Positions 47,514 to 57,103 of a stretch of 64,000 nucleotides of DNA are shown piece after piece. Under the pieces are notes generated by a model. It saw only the letters and a list, made by a program, of their open reading frames with translations. It ran no database searches and had not been told where the DNA came from. The translations under genes and the position numbers were made by a program. The DNA is from Dehalococcoidia bacterium. Its GTDB lineage: Bacteria > Chloroflexota > Dehalococcoidia > UBA6926. The stretch spans positions 2,318 through 66,317 of the forward strand of contig JBJKVP010000004.1 of assembly GCA_045562535.1 (NCBI GenBank). Reading direction: 5' to 3'. Each line of letters starts with the position of its first letter. The first letter of the stretch is position 1.

Positions 47514-49868
47514 TTATGTTAAAACCCCTTTTTCAGCCAACTCGCCGATCTCTTTAACCGACATATCAAATAATTCGGTCAATATTTTTGGAGTATGTTG
47601 ATTAACTAGAGGAGCAGGTTTCTGTTGACCTGCAATCATTCCATTTACTCTCCATGGTATACCAGCTGACCTTCGTATTCCCACTTCAGGGTGGTCAACG
47701 GGACCTATAAATCCTCTATCTACGATATGTGGGTCGTTTACTAATTCTTGAGGATTTAATATGGGAGCTGCAGGAACTCCAAACCTAATTAGGGCAAGAG
47801 CTGCTTCACGTTTGGTCCGCATTTTCGACCAATTCTCAATTAATGTATCAAGTTCATCCTCATGAAGTTTCCTTCCTTCCTCAGTACTAAAAGGAGAATC
47901 CAAACGATGCTCGATACCTAGAGCTGAACATAATCCTTTCCACTCTCGATCGGTTCTAACGGATAAAGCGACCCATTGATCATCCCCTTGGCAAGGGTAA
48001 ACATTATGCGGGGCATGGTGAGGATGTCGATTACCTTGAGCTCGGGGAACATACGTATCGGTCGACATTGCAACAAATGGTTGAACCATCAAAGTCATTA
48101 ACGCTTCAGACATCGACAAATCTATATGCTGGCTATTCCCATGAATATCTCTTTCTTTTAATGCAGTAATAGTTGCAAAAATGGCATACAAACCGCTAAC
48201 AACATCAGGAAAATATGAACCTAAAAGGCGTGGATGATCTTCGCTATAACCAGTTACACCGGCAAGACCACTATGCGCATTTACAATACTATGCAAAGCC
48301 CTATAGTCTTTTAAGGGACCTGTTCTGCCAAAACCAGAAACTGATGTATATATTATTTTGGGGTTCTCTTTGGATAAATCCTCAAAGCCTAGGCCCAATC
48401 TTTCCATCAAGCCCGTAGAATAGTTTTCCATCACAACGTCAGCTTTTACCGCAATTCTTTTCGCTAATTTCCGGCCTTCCTCAGTCTGCAAATTGATTGA
48501 AATACTTCTCTTGCCAGAATTTAACACGTTATAGGGTGCAGCACGATTCAACCCTTTTACATCATCGGCCATAGGTGGTGAAGTCCTATTATCAAATGGA
48601 CTATGACGGCTCTCTACTTGAATAACATCGGCACCTAATGCTGCCAACCATTTAGCGGCGAAAGGAATCGCTATAAATTGGCCAAAGTCAACAATCTTAA
48701 TTCCTCTAAGTGGCAATAAAACACTTGGATCTTCTTTGGCATCTTCAGAGATCTCTACGGGGGTTTCATTCTTTTTTGTTTTGCCATTGGATATTTGGAA
48801 TGGAATGCCTGGAAACCTAATAGATTTTCCATCATCATCATTGGTTTCTCTTACAAATTTCCGGTACTCAATTTGCTCCGATTCATACGCATCTAAGGCA
48901 CTAGAGGACCAATATGCTGGTATACCACGCGACTGTAAATCTTGAGTTAGTTCTTTATAGTCCCGTTCGCGAGTCCATTCAATTAACAATATCTCCAAGG
49001 CATCCCAATTTGCAGCTCTTACTGAACTGTCCGAAAATTCTTCTGCAAGTGCCCATCCGGGCCGATCCATCGCAGACAACAATAAATCCCAATGTTTATC
49101 GCTCATCGCAACTAAGACGACCCAACCATCTTTACACGGTATGTAGCAATTTGGCTGGCGCGCTAAAATATTGGGTCCTCTTAACCACATATCCTTAAGG
49201 TATTCATATTGCGCAACAGGATGATAATTAAGAGCAACTAATGCCTCTAATTCAGATACTGAAATTCTTTGGCCAGGTAAATCAGGTCCAGATGCGATGA
49301 TAGATGTCGCTGCAACGACCCCTCCTATAACACTTGGTATAGATACTCCCGTAGGCATGAGTGGAGGCTCATTAGCAAGATCTTTAGGAGTATCGGGTAC
49401 TCCTGGGGTAGTCCATGCCATACCAGACCACGCCCAAAGGGATAAATCACTTGCGGCATAAGATTTATAAGGGCCGGATGATCCAAAAGGGCTAACAGAT
49501 AGGACAGTTAAATTCGGGTTAATAGCTTGAACATGTGTCCATTTGAGTGGGGATCCTTCATTATCCATTAAGCCAACATCTTCAATGACCACGTGAACAT
49601 CCAAAATTAGTTTACGAATCTCCTCCATACCCTCAGTTGTCGAAACATCTAGCGGCAGAGTGTTTTTTCCATCGTTGAGTGCATGGTGAACGCCTTTTTC
49701 CCAATCGGCAACATCCCTGGATGGATTCAAATCACGGTATAGAGTTCTAGATCCTGTTGGCCGATCCACCTGTGCACCCAAATCAGATAGTAAGCGAGAT
49801 GCATAAGCCCCACCAATACTTGCAGTAATATCTAGTATTTTAAGGTTATCTAGGGCGTCTCCAATCAT
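47514..49868 (-). CDS. fused double family-III CoA-transferase (two CaiB/BaiF-like modules)
   Basis: 784 aa. The start-of-domain signature occurs twice: LKILDITASIGGAYASRLLSDLGAQV, and again IKIVDFGQFIAIPFAAKWLAALGADVIQVE. Confidence 0.75.
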   Translation of the reverse strand: MIGDALDNLKILDITASIGGAYASRLLSDLGAQVDRPTGSRTLYRDLNPSRDVADWEKGVHHALNDGKNTLPLDVSTTEGMEEIRKLILDVHVVIEDVGLMDNEGSPLKWTHVQAINPNLTVLSVSPFGSSGPYKSYAASDLSLWAWSGMAWTTPGVPDTPKDLANEPPLMPTGVSIPSVIGGVVAATSIIASGPDLPGQRISVSELEALVALNYHPVAQYEYLKDMWLRGPNILARQPNCYIPCKDGWVVLVAMSDKHWDLLLSAMDRPGWALAEEFSDSSVRAANWDALEILLIEWTRERDYKELTQDLQSRGIPAYWSSSALDAYESEQIEYRKFVRETNDDDGKSIRFPGIPFQISNGKTKKNETPVEISEDAKEDPSVLLPLRGIKIVDFGQFIAIPFAAKWLAALGADVIQVESRHSPFDNRTSPPMADDVKGLNRAAPYNVLNSGKRSISINLQTEEGRKLAKRIAVKADVVMENYSTGLMERLGLGFEDLSKENPKIIYTSVSGFGRTGPLKDYRALHSIVNAHSGLAGVTGYSEDHPRLLGSYFPDVVSGLYAIFATITALKERDIHGNSQHIDLSMSEALMTLMVQPFVAMSTDTYVPRAQGNRHPHHAPHNVYPCQGDDQWVALSVRTDREWKGLCSALGIEHRLDSPFSTEEGRKLHEDELDTLIENWSKMRTKREAALALIRFGVPAAPILNPQELVNDPHIVDRGFIGPVDHPEVGIRRSAGIPWRVNGMIAGQQKPAPLVNQHTPKILTELFDMSVKEIGELAEKGVLT

Positions 49869-49870
49869 AT

Positions 49871-51241
49871 TTATTCCTCAAGTTTCCGATTTAAATATTG
49901 CCCATTCCCAGGCTCTGCAAGCAATTCACCATCTTTAGCCACTACTCTACCTCGAATCATCGTCATAACTGGCCACCCTGTAAATTCATAATTTTCATAA
50001 ATCGAATAATCTGCTCTACCCTGCAGAGATTCAGCAGTAACAATTTTTGTTAAATCTGGATCGACCACGATGAGATCAGCATCAGAGTCAATTCTAAGAG
50101 AGCCTTTTTGAGGCCACAGACCAAAAATTTTGCTAACATTTCCAGATGATATTTCAGCTATCCTCTGTAAAGGAATATCACGCTTATGATAACCTTCAGT
50201 CAACAAAACTGGTAATATAACTGGCATATTAGGTTGTCCCGGAGAAGCTTCCCAAACCGTGCCTTGTTTCTTTTCACCCAATCGAGGAGCATGATCAGAA
50301 CCTATTGTATCTATTGTTCCATCTCTTATTGCATCCCACATCGATTCAAGATCATCTGGACTTCTTAACGGGGGGTTTTGCTTACCGTAGGTACCCACTT
50401 TCGATTCGTAAGTGTGAGTTAGATAATGGGGACAAGTTTCAACAAATACCTTTCCTCCTCTAGACCTAAACGCACGGACTTCCTCCAACGTTTCTTGTGT
50501 TGAAGTATGGACAATATAAGCCGATGCTCCCGTCTCTTTGGCAAACATCATTGCTCGTGCTGCAGCTTCAGCTTCTACAAAAGCTGGCCGGGCTTCATGC
50601 CATGCCTTTAAATCATCTCTACCTTGGTTTTGTAATTTTTCTCGTATTGACCAAACGACTTCTATGTTCTCAGTATGAACACAAACAACGGTTCCAGGTC
50701 TTTGGGACAACTCATCAAAAAGTTCATACATCAACCCGTCATCTATCGGAGGGAGACCTATGTAAGATCCTTCTTCCCCTCGAAAACTCATAAAAAATTT
50801 AAAACTGGCAATTCCATAATCATTAATGTATTTGTCAATTTCTTTCATCTGCTCCCGAGTAGATATAACAGCATGTAATCCATAATCTACGTGGACTTGA
50901 GCATCTGCTTTGTTCCTGTTAGATCGATATTCCGATTCATAGGGTTCATTTGACATCAAAAAATTCATGAGCGTGGTAACTCCATGGAGGGCAGCCGCAC
51001 GAGTCTCTGTTAAATAGTCAGTTTCAGGGTCACCTAATCCCAAATGATTGTGAGGATCAATTACACCGGGTAGAACTAATTTTCCATCTACATCGATAAT
51101 CTCATCTGCTTCAGGTTGGGTTTCTCGATTTATATATGCAGCAATTTTCCCATTTTTTACACCCAAATCGATATTCTGAATGTCTTCGCTGTATGGAATA
51201 ACGACTCTACCATTTCTTATAATTTTATCGAACTTAACCAA
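49871..51241 (-). CDS. cyclic amidohydrolase (dihydropyrimidinase/hydantoinase/enamidase-like)
   Basis: N-terminal IRNGRVV...GKI, GVIDPHNH metal motif, and about 455 aa. The likely start is TTG 51241, which lies 8 nt after GGAGGAG. Confidence 0.75.
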   Translation of the reverse strand: MVKFDKIIRNGRVVIPYSEDIQNIDLGVKNGKIAAYINRETQPEADEIIDVDGKLVLPGVIDPHNHLGLGDPETDYLTETRAAALHGVTTLMNFLMSNEPYESEYRSNRNKADAQVHVDYGLHAVISTREQMKEIDKYINDYGIASFKFFMSFRGEEGSYIGLPPIDDGLMYELFDELSQRPGTVVCVHTENIEVVWSIREKLQNQGRDDLKAWHEARPAFVEAEAAARAMMFAKETGASAYIVHTSTQETLEEVRAFRSRGGKVFVETCPHYLTHTYESKVGTYGKQNPPLRSPDDLESMWDAIRDGTIDTIGSDHAPRLGEKKQGTVWEASPGQPNMPVILPVLLTEGYHKRDIPLQRIAEISSGNVSKIFGLWPQKGSLRIDSDADLIVVDPDLTKIVTAESLQGRADYSIYENYEFTGWPVMTMIRGRVVAKDGELLAEPGNGQYLNRKLEE

Positions 51242-51349
51242 TATTTTGACTCCTCCATAAAACAAACATTAAATCAAAAAAAGCTACTACAAACCTTACC
51301 ACATTTATACCAATCAAATACACAACTCCAAGTATTTAAATACTATTAG

Positions 51350-52237
51350 TTACTCGGAATCAGAAAGTAGATCACTTTCTAATGATTGGTATTTTTCCAA
51401 ATCCAATATTTGATTTCTTTCACCTAATGGCATAATTGGGTTAGATAATTTTTGATGGTATCCATCCTTTTTAAGTTCATTAAGATTAGACCAAACGGCT
51501 TGCCCTGCACTCCCGATCGCCAAACCAGAATATCCTACCAAGCGATAACCTAACTCTCCTAATTTATCAGGAGCAACCATTGGAGTTTTACCACCTTCCG
51601 TTAAAACCACCATTAGAGGTATACCATCTAACATCGTAGGTATTTTATTCAGTTGTTCGGATGAAGCGATACCGGACACAAATCCCATATCTGCTCCTTC
51701 GGCGACATAGGAAGAAATTCGATCTACAGCTGAATCCAAACCTTCTACTGATATAGAATCAGTCCGCGCGATTACAACAAAATCAGAGTCCTTTTTTGCG
51801 CCGACAGCAGACTTTATTTTTATAATCATTTCCTCTTTTGGGATCACTTGAACACCTTCCAGGTGACCACATAATTTGGGGTCTTTTTGATCTTCAATAA
51901 ATAGTGCAGCTACTCCAGCAGACTCAAAATGTTTGACGGTTCTTGATACTTGGAGTGGGCCACCATAGCCAGTATCAGCATCAGCTATAACAGGAATATT
52001 AACTGCTTCAACAATTCTCTTGGCTTGAATCACGACTTCGTCTCTCGATAACAACCCGACATCAGGTAACCCAAAGGCTGAAGCCGCAACTGCAGATCCA
52101 CTTATACCCACGCACTCGAAGCCAGCCTTCTCTATAAGCATTGCGGAAAATGCATCATACGCAAAAGGTACTACAAGGGGTTTATTACTAATCAATAATT
52201 CTCTTAGATTTCTATTCATTGATATGATCCCGACCAA
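51350..52237 (-). CDS. isocitrate lyase / PEP mutase superfamily enzyme (methylisocitrate-lyase / dimethylmalate-lyase-like)
   Basis: AYDAFSA, DADTGYGG, IEDQ, ARTD motifs. The start may be ATG 52219. Confidence 0.75.
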   Translation of the reverse strand: MVGIISMNRNLRELLISNKPLVVPFAYDAFSAMLIEKAGFECVGISGSAVAASAFGLPDVGLLSRDEVVIQAKRIVEAVNIPVIADADTGYGGPLQVSRTVKHFESAGVAALFIEDQKDPKLCGHLEGVQVIPKEEMIIKIKSAVGAKKDSDFVVIARTDSISVEGLDSAVDRISSYVAEGADMGFVSGIASSEQLNKIPTMLDGIPLMVVLTEGGKTPMVAPDKLGELGYRLVGYSGLAIGSAGQAVWSNLNELKKDGYHQKLSNPIMPLGERNQILDLEKYQSLESDLLSDSE

Positions 52238-52269
52238 TTAAACGCGGCTTTTTCATTTTATAGGATTTT

Positions 52270-53001
52270 TTACTTCACTGTTTTTGCAGGAATATCTGCC
52301 AATATCGGAGACAAGTTATTCAAAGGCATTACATCCGCATATTTTTGAGAAATATCGAAAAGATTAATTGCATGTGAAGCTTCTCCTCTATCCCAAACAC
52401 AATCCTCAGGAACAACACATCTGAAACCGTAGCTCATCCCATCCACGACCGTTCCTCTAACACAACCGCTTGTTGTGCAACCAACCACTATCAAAGTATC
52501 AGCACCTGCATTCACAAGTTGCGTCACTAAATTGGTACCAAAAAATATTGACGGAAATCTCTTGTAGATTATCACATCACCTTCTTTGGGCTTTAATGGT
52601 TCTACTATTTGCGCTCCGCGACTTCCAGGAAGATTATATTCTGCCCCTAAAGAAGGTATCTTATCGGTATATCGAGCCCCTTCTTGTAACCCGGTACGTT
52701 CCCCTTGGGCATACATTACTGACCAATTTTTTTCACGGAAAATGTCAACTAATTTTTCTATACGACCTACCGCATCCCAAGCTGCTTTTCCAACCGCTGT
52801 TGGATATTCTTTCATAGCCTCTTCAATCGGAACCGGAAGTTCTCCAGTAGTTCTGTATTGTGCATCAATAATCAGTAACGCTGGTCTCTCTCCTAAGCCA
52901 ACCGAGCCTCCAAAACCACTTTGCTTATAAACCTCGCGGTCTCTGTCAGTAATAAAGTTATCCCAAGGCCTAGAGGCGGGATTCCCATCATTTTGAACCA
53001 T
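52270..53001 (-). CDS. isochorismatase-family amidohydrolase (N-carbamoylsarcosine/maleamate-amidase-like)
   Basis: ALLIIDAQY and VVGCTTSGCVRGT, the catalytic Cys context. Confidence 0.75.
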   Translation of the reverse strand: MVQNDGNPASRPWDNFITDRDREVYKQSGFGGSVGLGERPALLIIDAQYRTTGELPVPIEEAMKEYPTAVGKAAWDAVGRIEKLVDIFREKNWSVMYAQGERTGLQEGARYTDKIPSLGAEYNLPGSRGAQIVEPLKPKEGDVIIYKRFPSIFFGTNLVTQLVNAGADTLIVVGCTTSGCVRGTVVDGMSYGFRCVVPEDCVWDRGEASHAINLFDISQKYADVMPLNNLSPILADIPAKTVK

Positions 53002-53025
53002 TAAATTATCTCCTATATTTCATTA

Positions 53026-54705
53026 CTAACTAAGTTTAGTGCATACCTTAGCAGCGCATTTTTTTTCGTTAATATGTTCATTAAATTCCTCACTAAAATA
53101 TTTTACGGCATTCTTTAAAACACCGGGGGCCAGTTGCCCCAACCCACACAGCGATCCGGCAACCATAGATTCTCCTATATGATTAAGTTTAGCTAGGTCG
53201 CTTTGGGTACCAAATCCTTCGACCATATTTTTTAAAATTTGAACGATGTGAGTAGTTCCTTTTCTACAAGGAAAACATTTACCGCAGGATTCATCTTCAT
53301 TGAATTCAGCTATGTTCTTAACAAGATCTACGATACACGATGAATTCGATACAACCATTATCCCACCAGATCCCAAAGGCGAACCTTTTTGAGTCATCTC
53401 TTGAAATTCTGTTGGCATATCGATTTCTTGGGAAGACATTATACCTCCCAAAGGACCACCACATTGAAGAGCTTTTATACCCGTACTATCACTTGGCCCA
53501 CCACCGATATCGTTAATGACAGTTGCTAAATTTAGGCCAACCGGTATCTCTGCAACTCCTCTTCTATTTATGTGGCCTGAAAGAGAAAGTAACGCGGTAC
53601 CTGAAGCACTTTGTGTACCAATGTTCTTGAATCGTTCATATCCAAATTTTATTACAGTAGGAACATAGGAAATAGTCTTCACATTATTTATATTCGTTGG
53701 TCGCCCAAATATTCCATAACCAGCAGGAAAAGGAGGCCGAGGTCTGGGTGCACCGCGCTTACCTTCTACAGATTCCATCAAGGCAGTTTCTTCTCCACAA
53801 ATATATGCGTGCCCTGTAGCTTCGATTTCAATCTCGTGAGAAAATTCAGAGCCAAGTATATTATCACCGGCAAGGCTATGCTTTTTCAAACTATTGACTG
53901 CTTCCGTTAACCGCTGAACAGCTAACTGATATTCAGCTCTAACGTGAATAAACGATTTGGTACAACCCATCGCATAAGAAGCAATAAGAATACCCTCAAG
54001 TAACTTATACGGATCACTTTCGATAATAGATACATCTGTGAATGCCCCAGGGTCTCCTTCTTCTGCGTTAATAGCTAAATATTTATCACCCTCAGGCGCA
54101 TTTTGCATAAAACTCCATTTAACTCCAGTTGGGAAAAGGGCTCCTCCTCGCCCTCTAAGATCAGACTTCTTTACTTCTTCGACAACATCTTCAGGAGTCA
54201 TCGAAGTCAACGCCTTATTAAAGGCTTCCATACCTCCATTTGCAATGTAATGATGCAAATCTTGAGGTATAGTGTTGCCGTAATTTTCCATTATTATGCG
54301 CTTTTGATGAATCATCCAAGGTTGGTTTTTTAATGGTGAAATACCTTGATAATCTTCATCACCTGAAACACCTAAAGATAAATCTTCTCTGAAATTCGAT
54401 TGGACCAAAACATCGTCTAGAAAATCTGGGACCAAATCATCGCTAATATTCCCATAAGTGATCTGGGGTTTCCCAGGTAAAGATATGTGGACTACGGGAT
54501 CAGCCCAAGAAAATCCAATGTCTCCTACTTCCTCAACCACCGTACCTTGATATTTCTGGTTAACTTCATCACGAATTCTCTGTAAGGTACGGGATGCTCC
54601 TACAGCATTAGACGATGCTGAAACACCAACCATTATTCTGGGATGCTCCGAATTAATACGAGCACTCCAGTTTGCATCCGCTTCAGACTTCAGTTTTTCA
54701 TACAT
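53026..54705 (-). CDS. NuoF-like NADH-binding FMN/4Fe-4S subunit with an N-terminal thioredoxin-like extension
   Basis: GRGGALFPTG, NAEEGDPGAF, ESCGKCFPCR and CGLGQ motifs. Confidence 0.8.
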   Translation of the reverse strand: MYEKLKSEADANWSARINSEHPRIMVGVSASSNAVGASRTLQRIRDEVNQKYQGTVVEEVGDIGFSWADPVVHISLPGKPQITYGNISDDLVPDFLDDVLVQSNFREDLSLGVSGDEDYQGISPLKNQPWMIHQKRIIMENYGNTIPQDLHHYIANGGMEAFNKALTSMTPEDVVEEVKKSDLRGRGGALFPTGVKWSFMQNAPEGDKYLAINAEEGDPGAFTDVSIIESDPYKLLEGILIASYAMGCTKSFIHVRAEYQLAVQRLTEAVNSLKKHSLAGDNILGSEFSHEIEIEATGHAYICGEETALMESVEGKRGAPRPRPPFPAGYGIFGRPTNINNVKTISYVPTVIKFGYERFKNIGTQSASGTALLSLSGHINRRGVAEIPVGLNLATVINDIGGGPSDSTGIKALQCGGPLGGIMSSQEIDMPTEFQEMTQKGSPLGSGGIMVVSNSSCIVDLVKNIAEFNEDESCGKCFPCRKGTTHIVQILKNMVEGFGTQSDLAKLNHIGESMVAGSLCGLGQLAPGVLKNAVKYFSEEFNEHINEKKCAAKVCTKLS

Positions 54706-54727
54706 TAGTTTATTGAAACCCTTTCAT

Positions 54728-55183
54728 TCAAGACTTCAGTGTTTCTATCAATAATTCTAGATTATCCTTTGTCATACGGCCATGCCATTCAGAATTTACT
54801 GCGATCACGGGAGCCTGAGAACACAGCCTAGGACAAGATGATCTTCTAATCTCAAAATCAGAAGGAATTCCACCTTCTAGTAATTTTTCTTCTAGAATTT
54901 TTAAGTTATTTTCAGCGCCATCAAGATGGCACGGGCCATCTAAACATACATCGATGAAATTATCTGCTTTTTTGCCAACTTTAAAATCAGAGTAGAACGT
55001 AAGAACGCCCCAAATTTCTGGCTTTGAGTAATTAAGTACCTCTCCAGCATCTTCCACCACAGACTCTGGTATGTACCCAAGACTATACTGAATATCCAAC
55101 AAAGCCATTAATAAGGCACCATCTTTACCACTATATTTCTGTAAAATATCTTTTGAAGCGTTACGCTCTTCTTCTTCCGTCAT
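54728..55183 (-). CDS. NuoE-like thioredoxin-fold 2Fe-2S subunit
   Basis: 151 aa with C...C(DGPC)...C(PRLC) spacing, immediately upstream of the NuoF-like gene. Confidence 0.7.
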   Translation of the reverse strand: MTEEEERNASKDILQKYSGKDGALLMALLDIQYSLGYIPESVVEDAGEVLNYSKPEIWGVLTFYSDFKVGKKADNFIDVCLDGPCHLDGAENNLKILEEKLLEGGIPSDFEIRRSSCPRLCSQAPVIAVNSEWHGRMTKDNLELLIETLKS

Positions 55184-55229
55184 ATCAATCCTTAATAAAA
55201 TAAGCCTTATTCAACATTCCAAAATCAAA

Positions 55230-55436
55230 TTAGGAACCCGAAATATTCGATTCAAAATTAATCGACCTATGAGTTCCGTCACAATACGGCTTGTTCTCGG
55301 ATTTTCCACATCTGCAAAGAAAAATCTTTCTCTTACCATCATCAGACCAAGATTTACCCTGAGTATCCACTATCTCTGCAGGCATCTCAATTACATAAGG
55401 TCCGTTGTCTCTTATCGTTATTTTTCCATCTGACAT
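55230..55436 (-). CDS. CDGSH-type iron-sulfur domain protein
   Basis: CRCGKSENKPYCDGTH motif. A GGAG RBS lies before ATG 55436. Confidence 0.8.
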   Translation of the reverse strand: MSDGKITIRDNGPYVIEMPAEIVDTQGKSWSDDGKRKIFLCRCGKSENKPYCDGTHRSINFESNISGS

Positions 55437-55522
55437 CTGTTTTCTCCACTTCAATCAAGTTTTTATCACACTTGAGATTTTATCATCAATAGGCTTCAAA
55501 TTGTCATTCCACAATAATAATA

Positions 55523-56758
55523 TTACTGTTTGGCATCTCTTGGATCTCGACCATACTTAGTTACCAGAAAAAAAGCGAACAAAATAAACGATAACAATAC
55601 CAAAACAGAAACTGGTCGACCCAATCCTAAGGTGTGTGACGTTAATCCCCACATAAATGGCCCCACTACACTAGCAAACCTGCCAATCATACTATACAAA
55701 CCGAAAAAACCTCCTAGTAACTCTGGGGGCGCTAAAATAATCAAATATGGCCGGTCTGCGGACCACGTCGCCCCCATGGCGACGCCGCCAAGATTTATTG
55801 CAATCCAAAAATACAGAATTGGTAAATCAAAAACGGGAATCGAATATATAAGAATAAATACAACAACCCATATTGATAAACAAATCTTTAATATCATCCG
55901 GGGGCCAAACCGATCCACCATATATCCCCAAAATAGAGCACTTACCATAGATGCTCCAATTGCCATCAATAAGGCCCATTGAACCTCATATTGAGTCAAT
56001 CCAATATCATTAGTAACGTAGACACCGGTAAATAGGCTAAGCGTGTTAATTGCGTCGACATAAAATAACCTTGCAATAAGAAAAGCTCTTAATTCACGGA
56101 TTTTACTCGCTTTTTTGATAGTAATCAGCGTCTGCCTCAAAGCGTCACGAACAATATCAAAAGAAACTTTGATTTTGTTCGGATCAGCGTCTCTAACAAA
56201 AATAAAACACGGGATAGCAAAAAGGAAATATAATACGGCGGTAAGTCTAAAAATACCTTCATAACCCACATCATCAAGAAAAAACACACCTAGGCCTATA
56301 CCTACAAAAGAACCTAAATATCCAATCCCAATACCAATACCTCCGACCTTACCTACGTTACCCTCACCTGCAATACTGGGCAAAAGAGCATCATAAAAAA
56401 TTAGACTTGATTGGAATAAAATATTCGCGATTCCAAAAATGATCAATGAAATGATGACTTCATCGTTGCCCAAAAATAAAGTCATAAAACCGCACGAAGC
56501 TGTAGTGAATATTAAAAATGGCATACGCCGGTTTAGTTTGTCGGACAAAGAACCCAATATGGGAGCAATCAGAAATACTACAAACATCGAAATGGAATGC
56601 ACGTTACCGTACATAGCATCATCAGCACCTTTTTCATTAATTGCCCAAAGAGCAAAATAGAGAGAAATGATATTGATAGCATAAAGCGTGTTAGCTAAGT
56701 CATAAACAGACCAAGCGAGTATCTTAACTTTATCCGTTTTCGATCTATTTACTAACAC
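55523..56758 (-). CDS. MFS transporter (UMF1/Atg22-like)
   Basis: 411 aa, about 12 TM segments, with a DKLNRRMPF loop motif. Confidence 0.75.
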   Translation of the reverse strand: MLVNRSKTDKVKILAWSVYDLANTLYAINIISLYFALWAINEKGADDAMYGNVHSISMFVVFLIAPILGSLSDKLNRRMPFLIFTTASCGFMTLFLGNDEVIISLIIFGIANILFQSSLIFYDALLPSIAGEGNVGKVGGIGIGIGYLGSFVGIGLGVFFLDDVGYEGIFRLTAVLYFLFAIPCFIFVRDADPNKIKVSFDIVRDALRQTLITIKKASKIRELRAFLIARLFYVDAINTLSLFTGVYVTNDIGLTQYEVQWALLMAIGASMVSALFWGYMVDRFGPRMILKICLSIWVVVFILIYSIPVFDLPILYFWIAINLGGVAMGATWSADRPYLIILAPPELLGGFFGLYSMIGRFASVVGPFMWGLTSHTLGLGRPVSVLVLLSFILFAFFLVTKYGRDPRDAKQ

Positions 56759-56806
56759 TAATCACATCCTAGAATAGACCATACATTATTCTCGTATATC
56801 GTTAGA

Positions 56807-56989
56807 TTATAAGAGTAAACGTGCCAAAATAACTAATAGAAGGAATAATATATTTGTTAACACAAAAAATAATTTTGACGTTATAGGAACACTTGCATCA
56901 GCTTTAGTTGAAAAACCTACGCGGAAAATAAATAGATTTAGCAAGAAAAAGAACAGGATTCCCAAAATGAAACCTAGCAAACCATCCAT
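56807..56989 (-). CDS. possible small two-TM membrane protein
   Basis: A 60-aa hydrophobic ORF supported by no other evidence. Confidence 0.25.
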   Translation of the reverse strand: MDGLLGFILGILFFFLLNLFIFRVGFSTKADASVPITSKLFFVLTNILFLLLVILARLLL

Positions 56990-57103
56990 TTATTGCTCCC
57001 ATCGAACCTAAATGGCAAATATAACATTATATTGAAATCTATACAGTCCCTATTAGGCTCACCAAGATATTTCTATCTGTGCCTATGGTAACGTATTCAA
57101 TTA

